From IMG/VR virus record IMGVR_UViG_3300024999_000050: 57,923 nucleotides of DNA. One strand, written 5' to 3'. The position numbers and the translations under genes were made by a program. The notes beneath the pieces are model-generated. The model searched no databases and was not told the DNA's origin. It worked only from the letters and a program-made list of their open reading frames with translations. Below are positions 48,014-57,518 of the stretch, one piece after another (position 1 is the stretch's first letter; the number at the start of each line of letters is the position of its first letter). Source of the DNA: an uncultured virus (IMG/VR IMGVR_UViG_3300024999_000050). Its lineage: Duplodnaviria > Heunggongvirae > Uroviricota > Caudoviricetes.

Positions 48014-48472
48014 TTAACAAGTTTGACCGTCTGGTTCAAAGTTTTTGCAGTAATATATTAAACAATCCTTACATTCTACCTTAAACCAATGAGTCTTAGA
48101 CATATACCCTCTATCGCTAACCTCAAGACCACATTCGGTTTCTCTACAATGAATCAATCCTCTAGGTCCAGAGACTCTACCAAACTTATTACACTCAAAA
48201 CAGCACCTAGAATATTTAACAACCGGGTTATTGTTTTTGTCATATAATTTATGAGGTACTGTTTTCTGTTCTAGTAGTTTAGCCAGCCTCTCCGACTCAT
48301 CTTTTATACAACTATTTAACCTATCAAGGTTAGGATGGCTGTTTATGTGATAAACCCGTTTTCCGTACTTATTACAAATATGAAGTTTACGACCTGTTTC
48401 AAAAGACTTATTCTGTTCTTCTTCCGTCAAAGAAAGATGCTCACAGTTTCCGCAGTATGGATTATTTCTCAT
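48014..48472 (-). CDS. Cys-rich hypothetical protein
   Basis: 152 aa. Confidence 0.55.
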   Translation of the reverse strand: MRNNPYCGNCEHLSLTEEEQNKSFETGRKLHICNKYGKRVYHINSHPNLDRLNSCIKDESERLAKLLEQKTVPHKLYDKNNNPVVKYSRCCFECNKFGRVSGPRGLIHCRETECGLEVSDRGYMSKTHWFKVECKDCLIYYCKNFEPDGQTC

Positions 48473-48483
48473 TTTTTATCCTC

Positions 48484-48771
48484 CTACAAATGCCCATCTA
48501 TAGGGCAAATACTTTCCTCATTATTATTGACCCACATAAAATCATATTCATTATCATCGACCAAGAAATTCAGTCTATAATGATCCGCTATAGTACACCC
48601 AATCCAATTATGAGTAAAACATGCACTATGATTAACACATAATAAGCAACATCTTTTGTCTTTCAAAGGGCAGCCTCGTTTATTATAAGATTTACACCCA
48701 CCGTCATCTTTCAAATGAATACAGTTAATATTATAAGCTTTCCGATTTATAACTAATAAATTACCGGACAT
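48484..48771 (-). CDS. Cys-rich hypothetical protein
   Basis: 95 aa. Confidence 0.55.
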   Translation of the reverse strand: MSGNLLVINRKAYNINCIHLKDDGGCKSYNKRGCPLKDKRCCLLCVNHSACFTHNWIGCTIADHYRLNFLVDDNEYDFMWVNNNEESICPIDGHL

Positions 48772-49343
48772 TATTTTTCACCTCTCAGCCTTTTATACGC
48801 AACATAATCTCCAAATGCAAATATTAGGTTTCCAATACATTGAATAATCACGGCTTCATAAATAAAATTAATTCCGTAGTAACATATAAGAACAGATATC
48901 ATTGAACCTATACCAGTAGCCCACAAACAATAACTTTTCTTAGCTACTTGATAATTTGTTAACCCCTCTGAATGTAAATTCTCATTAATAGCTTCAGTTA
49001 TTATCGTATACCAGATAACTACTGTTATAGATTCAACAAATCCCATTCCCAAAAATCTAATATTTGCATCAACAAATCCAAGTGAAGATATTATAGCTGT
49101 TAATATTACATCTACTATCATAACCACATATAAATACTTCCTAAAAATCTTTCTCCTATTATTAGTCTTCAATATAACATTCGTCATAGCTGCAAACATG
49201 GTTCCCAATACATTAGCTAACGAATAAATAGTAGGAGATATTTTAATCACAAAATAAATATGAATCGTTGGAGAAGTTACGGCCATTAAAAATGAAAACA
49301 TAACCTCATTCCAGATTAATAGATTTCTTGTTTTCTGATCCAT
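48771..49343 (-). CDS. Six-TM membrane protein, half-MFS-like
   Basis: About six hydrophobic helices with MFS-like spacing. Confidence 0.6.
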   Translation of the reverse strand: MDQKTRNLLIWNEVMFSFLMAVTSPTIHIYFVIKISPTIYSLANVLGTMFAAMTNVILKTNNRRKIFRKYLYVVMIVDVILTAIISSLGFVDANIRFLGMGFVESITVVIWYTIITEAINENLHSEGLTNYQVAKKSYCLWATGIGSMISVLICYYGINFIYEAVIIQCIGNLIFAFGDYVAYKRLRGEK

Positions 49344-49373
49344 ATATCACGTCCTACACTTCCTAAAACTTAG

Positions 49374-49586
49374 TTATAAAGTCCTACCTCTATTCACCTC
49401 TTTCAATGTGGTAGATATAACAGGATGAACTTGTTCAACTCTACCAGATTTAATATCCCAAGAACTATTATCTTGGACTAATTCTGGTTTCACCTCACAA
49501 GCGTACCATTTTCCATTATCCTCTTGAACTATATACTTAGCCCATTTAGGGATATGATAAAATTTAATCAAAGTATTTACACTCAT
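49374..49586 (-). CDS. Hypothetical protein
   Basis: PKWAKYI.Q..NG.WY....KP phage family motif. Confidence 0.55.
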   Translation of the reverse strand: MSVNTLIKFYHIPKWAKYIVQEDNGKWYACEVKPELVQDNSSWDIKSGRVEQVHPVISTTLKEVNRGRTL

Positions 49587-49850
49587 CGTTACCACAAATA
49601 TCTATCTTCCCAAATGTAGTTTCAAATTCTTCCTGAGTTAATTTATCAGAATACTTCTGCTGCAATGCTCTAATACTTCTCATTAACTATTCACCCTACT
49701 TTCTATCGCATATAACCGTAACCAAGAAAATACGATTCAGTTTTTTCATTTTACTTTTTAAGCTATGAATACCGAATCAACCATTTCTTTTTATTTTTCT
49801 GAATCCAGATTTGATATATACTTTGTAAAATTAAAATACCTCTTATTTAT

Positions 49851-49880
49851 ATTATATCAACTACGGTATGGTTTTTTCCC
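49851..49880 (-). promoter_or_regulatory. Promoter GGGAAA-N~18-TATAAT heading the accessory operon
   Basis: Extended -10 (TGnTATAAT) and shared GGGAAA..ACCATA element. Confidence 0.55.
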
Positions 49881-49899
49881 ACTAATGGTATGTTTTTAT

Positions 49900-51890
49900 C
49901 ACTAAAACACATAAAATTTCGTAAAAATTTTCTGAAAAATTTTTGGGATTTTCCGTATATCAAGATTTTTTAAAAAACCGGTCCTTGAATAGTTCCAGAA
50001 GATTAGTTTGTTTCGTTAATTTTGGGTTTTGGGGATAGGTTGGTATAGGTGTTATTATGAGGTTAGGGTTATTTTGGAGTTAGAAATTAGTGAGATATTA
50101 TGTTGGTATAGATGATAATTCCGCAGTTTTGCGTTAAAAACGCTTTTTTGCGGAAAATATTTGTGGGGTATTATACCTCCACCGGTATCCCTGCCGGTCT
50201 ATGCAGGGAAAAAGCTTTGAGCTTGACCTCCTGCCTCCTACCCAACAGCTATACAAGACCAAAACAGATCAAGCACAAACATAGTCCAGGACTAACACAA
50301 AACAAGGGACCGGTAACAAGTAAGCCTAAAACTTTTGACAGCTATACAAGACCACCAAACAAAACACGATGCAAATAATAATTGTCCCAGATATACAGCA
50401 TTCGAAAAGCTTACTACTTTTTTGAACTGGTATTGATGCAGCTAACACATAATACGGCACAAAAAAGATCATGCTACTTTTTTTGAACTGGTAACATAGT
50501 AGTATATAGGAACTAATAATAGTGATCTATCTCTGGTAGCAGTGCAAAAACACATGAAAAAAACAAGGCAATTAAGATCCGATAATAAAGATTATGTAAA
50601 CTAGATTTATGTTTAACCTGGTAGCAGTAAAAAAGAGATGCTACCAGAGTATAAATAGTATACTTAGAATAATGCTACTTTTTTTGAACTGGTAACATAG
50701 TAGTATATAATAGATGGATCGGAATAACATAGCTTTGTTTTTTGAACTGGTAACATACATACTATATAGTAGTAAATATAGTAGTAACATAATAGTATAT
50801 TGATCACGTATGCAATAAAGTATATAAACATAGTCCAGGAGTTGAACTATAGTATATGAACCGGGAGCAAGTTTACTTTTATTTTCTCCAAGCCGTATAT
50901 AATAGTAAAGAATAAAAGTATGATCATTGTTGGACGTGTAAGATCTGCATTATACTTTTTACCCGCTTTTCAAAAAGCTTTATACTATTCCTATACGATT
51001 ACATACTACTATTACACTTACATATATTATATCCCTGGACTATGTTTATATACTTTTAATAAGATTACTTACTACTATGTTTATATAGTATGTTACCAGA
51101 GATATGACTATTAAGTTATCCTTTATTACCAGAGTATATTATATTATGTTCTGGTATTGTTTACTTACTACTATATCCTTACTTGTTACCTTTTTCTTTT
51201 GGTTGTTTTGGTATCAGCTATTTAGATTATTATATCTTTTCTTTTTTTGTTTGTTGGTATTGTTATGTTTAACTGATTCTTTATTTTTATGTTTTGTTTA
51301 TGGTATTTAAAAATTGATTAACTTTTCTTTTTTGTTTTTTTGTTTTGGTAATATGTTTTGTTTGTTTTGGATTTTAGTATTAATATTGATGTTATGTTTT
51401 TATTATTTTGTTTGTTTTGTTTTTGGTATTGTTATTATTATTTTGTTACTTTTAAAACTGGTAGCAATGATATATGTTTTGGTAATATGATATGGTAGCA
51501 AGATGTCTTGTTATAGATGGTTTTTTGGTAGCAGCTATAATTATGTTTTGTATTCTTTTTGGTAGCAGTGGAAAAGAGATAGAATGTTACTTTTAGTAGC
51601 TAATTAAAATTGATTTTTTTTTGTTTTTGTTTGGTGTATAGTCCAGGAGTAAGAATTATAACTTTTGTTTTGTTTTTAGTTTAGGCTTATTCTTTTTTGT
51701 TTTTGTATCTCTGGGAACTATTCTTTTTTTTGTTTGGTTGTTTGGATGCAGCGACAAGGGAAGGTATAACTTTTTGTTTTGGTCTCTGGTAGAGGAAAGG
51801 AGGGAAGGAGAAAAGGGTTTAACTTTTGTTTTTTGGTCTTTGTTTTTGGAAGCTGGTTGAAGGTTGTTACTTAGTAGCCCGGAAAAGGAC
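49900..51890. repeat. Non-coding repeat-rich block with switching strand skew
   Basis: 38-bp direct repeat (50471-50508, 50672-50709), 17-bp direct repeat (50245, 50338), 23-bp inverted repeat (50817-50839, 51034-51056), many TGGTA(A/G)CA copies. Confidence 0.85.
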
Positions 51891-51927
51891 AAAAAAATAA
51901 GACTAACCGATTAAGGCTAGTCTTTTT
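51891..51927 (-). terminator. Terminator ending the early cassette
   Basis: AAGACTAGCC-loop-GGTTAGTCTT + A-T7. Confidence 0.75.
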
Positions 51928-52103
51928 AGGATAAATCTTACCATTCTGATTTCTCGGAAAAGTCCTTTTCTTTCATCCGGCAAGTTCCTTGATCATAGTA
52001 TTTACAGCCTTCCCCTATGCAGTACGATGATTCCCCTTCCTCCCATCCTAAGAGCGGACATTTCATTCTTTTTCACCTCCTTTTTTTAATCTAACAAACA
52101 GGA

Positions 52104-52493
52104 TTAAGGACTTATTAAGTATTTTTTCTTTACATGATATTTTACTTTTTCTTTTCCGTAAAGCTTTTCTATTGTTAGGCCCGCCTTAATTAGTTCTCTT
52201 ACATTTTTACTTTGATGGCTACTAAAAGAATAAAACTTAAAAACACGTTTTAATTCTTCCTCACTAAAATCTTTAATTCCTTCCTTTACCATTGTATTAA
52301 TAAGATCTTGGTGGTAGTTGTCTTCCTTTATTTCCTCTTTTGATACCGTGGTACAGGTTGTAAGTAGTTTATCGGATACTAGCCTATAATCCTTGTCTAA
52401 TAAATCGAATCTGAATTCTAACAGGTTGAACAAAGATCCTGCTAATTCTCTTTTATCCTTACTATCTGGTAAGCTAACAATATGATCATACAA
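52104..52493 (-). CDS. Early hypothetical protein
   Basis: 129 aa or longer; start uncertain. Confidence 0.55.
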   Translation of the reverse strand: MYDHIVSLPDSKDKRELAGSLFNLLEFRFDLLDKDYRLVSDKLLTTCTTVSKEEIKEDNYHQDLINTMVKEGIKDFSEEELKRVFKFYSFSSHQSKNVRELIKAGLTIEKLYGKEKVKYHVKKKYLISP

Positions 52494-52643
52494 AGCATTT
52501 AAGGCTTTTTTTAGCCTTATACTGAATACATAGATCCTCTTCTTCCGCTGTTGTAGTGTATTGCATAGCTCTTTTTCTCCTCCCCTTCTTCCCTACTCCA
52601 AGCATCTATAAAGATAACAGAGAAGGGAGGAAGGTGTCCTGGA

Positions 52644-52976
52644 CTAGCTAATATAAGTATAGACTTTGACCGATTCCCCTGCAAAATCTAGCTTTACTAC
52701 TATCCCTGAAAAATAACTATCTGACATATAACCGTGATATTCCTGCATCCAAGCAGGTGCATTCTTTTCGATTCGCATAAATTCAGATAGAAAATAAGTA
52801 TGTCCTTTGTAGACAAAACAAGATTCTAGATCTTGATCTTCCTCAGGTTTATCCTTATTCCATTCTGGGACCTGGTAATCTAAAGGGATAAGGTGATTAT
52901 TTCCATATATTTTTAATGTCCCTGTTAAATTGGGTGAAGTTATAACCTTAAATGGCTTTTTAAGCATACTTTTCAC
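52644..52976 (-). CDS. Early hypothetical protein
   Basis: F.YKG..Y.LSEFMR...GY.SDSYFSG..V phage family motif. Confidence 0.65.
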   Translation of the reverse strand: MKSMLKKPFKVITSPNLTGTLKIYGNNHLIPLDYQVPEWNKDKPEEDQDLESCFVYKGHTYFLSEFMRIEKNAPAWMQEYHGYMSDSYFSGIVVKLDFAGESVKVYTYIS

Positions 52977-53060
52977 CTACTTTAAAAAAGTTTAATCTCT
53001 TAATCTACTCCCAGACTTCCAACAGGAAAACAGAGTAGACAAAGAGACGGTTAACCGGGT

Positions 53061-53360
53061 TTAACAATACTTTTTAATATGGTTTTTAATAAACCTGAGT
53101 TCGGACGGGTAGTCTTGACCCGCTATATATCCTTTGGTTGTTAGCCTCTCTAGAATACCTATGTTTTTAGGCAGGTTATCTACTGACATTCTGTTTATCG
53201 CCTGACATACACTAGATCCCTTCCGACAAGTAGAAAGTAAGAATGTTTTGATCTGGTTTAAATACTCTTCTCTTTCTTCTGTTGTCATCTCTCTATATTC
53301 GTTCGTTACTATGTCAAAAAGCCTATTGCTAATAATTTTGCTTAAGCTTAATTGTTTCAT
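53061..53360 (-). CDS. Early hypothetical protein
   Basis: YIAGQDYPSE...I motif; strong SD. Confidence 0.65.
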   Translation of the reverse strand: MKQLSLSKIISNRLFDIVTNEYREMTTEEREEYLNQIKTFLLSTCRKGSSVCQAINRMSVDNLPKNIGILERLTTKGYIAGQDYPSELRFIKNHIKKYC

Positions 53361-53378
53361 CCTTCCTTACCTCCTGAG

Positions 53379-53621
53379 TTAAAATTCCTTGTTTCGTTCT
53401 GCCATTTCAAGTTCGGTTATAGCAAGTTCTAACGTCCACAAAAAACGATAATAATGGTCTTGATCTGCATCCACCTCTAGATCTAATATGTTTAAAATAT
53501 ATTCTCTATACTGTGATAAATCGTTTAAGGATTTTACTTTTGCCTGAATATCTTTAACCTTATTAACTATTTCGTTACTACTAAGCATACAGATCACCTT
53601 CTTCTGTATATTCCCAGTCAT
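53379..53621 (-). CDS. Early hypothetical protein
   Basis: Helical; start probably MLSSNE. Confidence 0.55.
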   Translation of the reverse strand: MTGNIQKKVICMLSSNEIVNKVKDIQAKVKSLNDLSQYREYILNILDLEVDADQDHYYRFLWTLELAITELEMAERNKEF

Positions 53622-54207
53622 TAGATTCGCTCATATCTAGAAAATTATCCATAACAAAATAATCCTCATAGGACGTATTACAAGCGGTTATCCATTTCTT
53701 AAGGCATCTCCTCATAAGATCATAAAAGGTTGTTTTTTCTAATGGGTTTTTGATAAAATCGTAAACAGGACTTAAAATGTCCTGATCTATATAGTAGCCC
53801 GTTAACGTGCAACAATCGGAAAATAGGACCTTCGACTGTCTTTTATATTTCAGTCTAGAATCTTTATTTTTTGGAGTAACATTAGCCCAATATTTTTCCC
53901 CATAATACCACTTACCCGTAAATAGGCTAGAAAAATAATTGTTTTGCAAGTAAGCTAACAATCGAATACCTTTTAAATTCTCTATCTTAAGATCTCCTGT
54001 GAATTCGAAATCTATAAAATAATTTCCATTGCCATAGCTGAATTTATTAACCTTGACAGGGAATATCTTAACAAACTCTGTTAGGGTTTTTTCGTTATCC
54101 GAACCAAACGGAAAAAGATCTGTATTACAGAAGTCGTTAAAAGCCTTTTCTTTTGCCTTTTCCGATAGTTCCTGAATTGTATATATAGGCATTTCAATTA
54201 TTCGCAT
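53581..54207 (-). CDS. Conserved mobile-element early protein (family often auto-annotated as 'antitoxin of TA stability system')
   Basis: MR.IE...Y...ELSE.AKEKA ... TGY..D ... N.WEYTEEG.LY. Confidence 0.65.
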   Translation of the reverse strand: MRIIEMPIYTIQELSEKAKEKAFNDFCNTDLFPFGSDNEKTLTEFVKIFPVKVNKFSYGNGNYFIDFEFTGDLKIENLKGIRLLAYLQNNYFSSLFTGKWYYGEKYWANVTPKNKDSRLKYKRQSKVLFSDCCTLTGYYIDQDILSPVYDFIKNPLEKTTFYDLMRRCLKKWITACNTSYEDYFVMDNFLDMSESNDWEYTEEGDLYA

Positions 54208-54324
54208 AATTAAACCTCCTGGACTAAAAAAGTCTAATAAGTATAAAAGGTAATACTCCTATAGTCCCAAACAAGCAAGGTAATAACAGACTATAGGAGT
54301 ATTGGCAGTAGGTTTTAAAAAGGG

Positions 54325-54909
54325 TTATACGGTTAACTTCTGCAAAGATTCTAGCCTCTTAGTTTGGGACTTTGTTCTTGTACCAAGGTTTTCTAGCCTT
54401 TTTTCTAGCCCGTTTTTGATACTTGAAACTATTTCGTCAACGTCCCAGCCCTCCACCACTTCTTCTATTGTCAAAGTTCCAACATATTCCTTTGTGTAGG
54501 TATCCGAAGAATCTTGCCAATAGCTCTGATTCGCTTTAGTTCTGTACTCCCGAAAAGATAAATCAGGTAGCAGGTAAAGATCCAACTTTGTATAATTTCT
54601 CCCCTGACTATGTTTATTCTCGTATTCGTAATAATCAGCGACTATAAACCCTTTTGCATCGTCTGACTGATATTCGATATCATCTGATCTGTAGTTTGTG
54701 CCACTACAACTATAGGTGGTTTTTTCCGAATAAATATGAGTAAAAGATAAACCGGACTTACATATTCTTATAATTTCGCTAAGACGTTTAACGTCAATAC
54801 CGTTGACAAGATCAACTACATTGTTAAGTTCCTCTTGTGTTTTTTCGACAACTTGCATAATACGGGCTAACTCGATAATGTTTTTATCCTTGCTTAGTGT
54901 TAATGTCAT
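54325..54909 (-). CDS. Early hypothetical protein
   Basis: 194 aa, SD. Confidence 0.6.
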   Translation of the reverse strand: MTLTLSKDKNIIELARIMQVVEKTQEELNNVVDLVNGIDVKRLSEIIRICKSGLSFTHIYSEKTTYSCSGTNYRSDDIEYQSDDAKGFIVADYYEYENKHSQGRNYTKLDLYLLPDLSFREYRTKANQSYWQDSSDTYTKEYVGTLTIEEVVEGWDVDEIVSSIKNGLEKRLENLGTRTKSQTKRLESLQKLTV

Positions 54910-55073
54910 TTTTTCATGATCTCCTTTTTAAGTTTTATTTTTTGTGGCTTAAACTTTTGCATCCTGATTTTTGTAATACGGTAAAACGTCCTTTAACCCT
55001 AGGACAAAACAGGTATAGTTAAAACATTCTGCATCCTGATTTTTTTTGTTACTGTTTTTAATGCTGGACTTAA

Positions 55074-55259
55074 TTATTCTTCTTCTGTACAAGTCCCTAC
55101 TTTATTGCCGTTTAAATCAATTAAGGCTATTTTGCAGGTTATTAGTTCTGCATCGTTTTCAAGTCTGTTAGCTAATTTTTTTAAAATCCTAACCACTTCA
55201 AGGCTTTTATTTTCACCTTCAAAAGCTGAATTTTCCGTGCTTATTTCGATTTTAACCAT
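55074..55259 (-). CDS. Conserved small early phage protein
   Basis: I.T.N.AF...EV.RIL..LA..L...D.NGNKVG. Confidence 0.65.
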   Translation of the reverse strand: MVKIEISTENSAFEGENKSLEVVRILKKLANRLENDAELITCKIALIDLNGNKVGTCTEEE

Positions 55260-55303
55260 TTTTTACTTTTCACCTCCCTTCTATAAGTAAGTCCAGGAGT
55301 ATA

Positions 55304-55654
55304 CTAGATTTCCTCTTCCTCTTCCTCTATAATCCCCATACTGACCATAAAATCAATATCTTCTTTATTTAAAGTTTTAAGATCAAGGTTTTTTAAGTCC
55401 TCAACAAATCCTTCTTTTCCCCCATACGGTAAGTAGTACCACATTTCCAAATCTTCACCGTTCATCATGGCAACTTGGAATTCTGAATTAGTTAAAAAAA
55501 CATTTCCTGAATTCCTGTTAAACATAATAGTTACTTTATCATCTTCAAAATTTTCAGGAAGTCCATTTTTTAACATAGCCGTTAATAAATCATTTGCCAT
55601 AGCTAATTCTCTATAGCCGAATTCAGATAAATCAGTAGTTGTTACTTCATTCAT
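55304..55654 (-). CDS. Acidic early protein
   Basis: TDL..FGYREL...N.NSG.VFLTN...QVAM; poly-E tail. Confidence 0.65.
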   Translation of the reverse strand: MNEVTTTDLSEFGYRELAMANDLLTAMLKNGLPENFEDDKVTIMFNRNSGNVFLTNSEFQVAMMNGEDLEMWYYLPYGGKEGFVEDLKNLDLKTLNKEDIDFMVSMGIIEEEEEEI

Positions 55655-55677
55655 AAATTATTTACCTCCTACATACT

Positions 55678-56040
55678 TTAAAAGTTTAAGTTAATTCCTG
55701 CTAGTCTACATATACGGTAAAAGTTACGACAGCTAACATTATTAATATGTAGGTTTTTAAATTCACTTTCGCCCGTCATATAGTCAATATTGCCATCTAT
55801 TTGAGACAACCAAACACGGCAAGGACCTTCAACGTCCTTCAAGTCCTTTATGTGGGACTGACTAGGACAAACAAAGGAATTCCTTTTTATATAGTCAACA
55901 AGTTCCCTTAGTGTATATCCTTCATTCTCAAAGTTAAAACCGCTATCGGCAAAAGTTCCTTCTTCTGCTGATTCATGTGTTATTATTTCAAAAGTTTCAC
56001 TGACTGAAAAAACAGGTAGCAAGGTTTTTATCTCATTCAC
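55678..56040 (-). CDS. Early hypothetical protein
   Basis: T.EIIT.ESAEEG..ADSGF family motif. Confidence 0.65.
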   Translation of the reverse strand: MNEIKTLLPVFSVSETFEIITHESAEEGTFADSGFNFENEGYTLRELVDYIKRNSFVCPSQSHIKDLKDVEGPCRVWLSQIDGNIDYMTGESEFKNLHINNVSCRNFYRICRLAGINLNF

Positions 56041-56453
56041 GACAAATTCACCTCACTATTAAATGTATCGGCAAAAAGTTCTGCTAGATAGCTTTTTATG
56101 TCGCTACAATCTTTACGAATGTTATTTTTCCTATTACTAAACTTGCCAACTATGCTAATATTAAAATCGTTCAAAAGACTAGGGGTTAAAATTATTACGA
56201 ATTCGATCCACCCATCATAAAATCCGTTTTCATCCAAAACGTGAAAAGAAGAATCCAAAACGATTCTATCAGTTTTACACATTTCAAAGTTTACGGTAGT
56301 ACCATTATCCAAACCACTACCAGAGGGTAAAAAGCCTATAGCCTTGTCTAAAGTCTCCTCATGCTTTTCCTTCCACTCTGTATTTCCGGACCTTATACAA
56401 TTTTCTATTGCTATTACTCTTCCGGCTATTACCTTATACAGTTTATTAGCCAC
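56037..56453 (-). CDS. Early hypothetical protein
   Basis: LPSGSG.D.G...FH...E.G.YDGW family motif. Confidence 0.65.
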   Translation of the reverse strand: MANKLYKVIAGRVIAIENCIRSGNTEWKEKHEETLDKAIGFLPSGSGLDNGTTVNFEMCKTDRIVLDSSFHVLDENGFYDGWIEFVIILTPSLLNDFNISIVGKFSNRKNNIRKDCSDIKSYLAELFADTFNSEVNLS

Positions 56454-56478
56454 TATTATTTCACCTCTTTTCCTTCCT

Positions 56479-56589
56479 TTAAGGTTTTTTCTTTTTGGCC
56501 AAAGTTAATAATATTCGGTAAGTAAAACCTGCTACAAAAGACCAAAAAGCCAAACTACTACTTGGTATACTGTCATATAAATCTTTTAT
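56479..56589 (-). CDS. 36-aa membrane peptide, probable ATA start
   Basis: AAGGAGGTG SD, 7 nt, ATA AAA GAT; hydrophobic core and basic tail. Confidence 0.45.
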   Translation of the reverse strand: MKDLYDSIPSSSLAFWSFVAGFTYRILLTLAKKKKP

Positions 56590-56890
56590 TTCTTTCCACC
56601 TCCTTTTTGCAGCAGTAACGCAAAAAGGTTTTTTCTGTTTTTGTTGGCCGGGTTTTGGGAGGAGACCAACAGCAAAAAAGGTTTTTGTTTGGTGTAGTTG
56701 TTGCGTTTTACTCCTGGACTGTTTTGGTACGGGTTTTTTTGGTACGGGGTTTAAAAAAAGTGCTTTGATCCGCCTACACCAAAATTCTTTTTGGCAGTGT
56801 CGGCAGTGCAAAAAACTCTTTTACTTTTTGTTTCTGTCAGACTTTTTTTGCAAGTTTACTTTTTTCTTGGTTAGGTCAACTTTTTTATTA

Positions 56891-57067
56891 TTAGTTGTCA
56901 TTGTTTTTCACCTCCTTTAAACCGTCTAAAAGGAGGTTAATTTCGTGTAGTGTCTCTTGCCTACCCAACAGATAACTATGGTTTTTTGTTTCGTCGTAAA
57001 ATTGATCTTCTATGGCTAATATTTCGGTTACAAGGTATTCTTTTAGTTCTTCTAGTGTTTTTATCAT
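56891..57067 (-). CDS. 58-aa early protein (below the ORF-track cutoff)
   Basis: TAAGGAGGT SD + ATG ATA AAA ACA CTA GAA. Confidence 0.65.
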   Translation of the reverse strand: MIKTLEELKEYLVTEILAIEDQFYDETKNHSYLLGRQETLHEINLLLDGLKEVKNNDN

Positions 57068-57489
57068 TTCTTTTTACCTCCTTATATATTTTAGCCTTAA
57101 CACCACCAACAAAAGTTATAGCTTTTCAACTCCTGGACTGTTTTGTTGTTGGCAGGTTTAAAACCAAACTATATATTATTCCTTTTTCCTCCTTCCTTCC
57201 TAAGATCCAAGATTACAAGGTCTTCTAGCCCTATTCGATTTCTCCTTATTCGCTGTACTAGCCTTATATCCTGGTATTCAGTTTTCAAAGATCTATTATT
57301 TTTACGTCCCTTTGTGGGACGGTTACCGTCAACCCGGTAACTAGCTTGTTTTATGTCTACTATTGGTGTATAGCAGATCGCTTTTATTTTTTTATCCGGA
57401 AAAAGCTTAAAACCTTTACCACTGTTTATAGTCTCTGGTTCCCGACTTATACAAAATAGATTATTATATCCCCCTCTCGGGATTATCTT

Positions 57490-57518
57490 ATTTTATCAAA
57501 AAAATCTTATATCGTCAA
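57490..57518 (-). promoter_or_regulatory. Strong sigmaA-type early promoter
   Basis: TTGACG-N17-TAAAAT with extended -10 TG and an AT-rich upstream element. Confidence 0.8.

Noticed and set aside
50400..50760. CRISPR-like mini-array from the TTTTTGAACTGGTA repeats
   Set aside because: Irregular spacing (about 60, 200 and 60 bp) and variable repeat length
50112..51892. ORFs 50112..50378, 50920..51114, 51104..51310 and 51656..51892
   Set aside because: Low-complexity translations of skewed, repetitive non-coding DNA with no SD
56590..56811. N-terminal part of track ORF 56479..56811
   Set aside because: No SD, low-complexity A/C-rich sequence; a strong SD points to an internal ATA start at 56589
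776..57340. All plus-strand ORFs in the track
   Set aside because: Almost all are antisense shadows of well-formed minus-strand genes, with no SD or recognisable motifs
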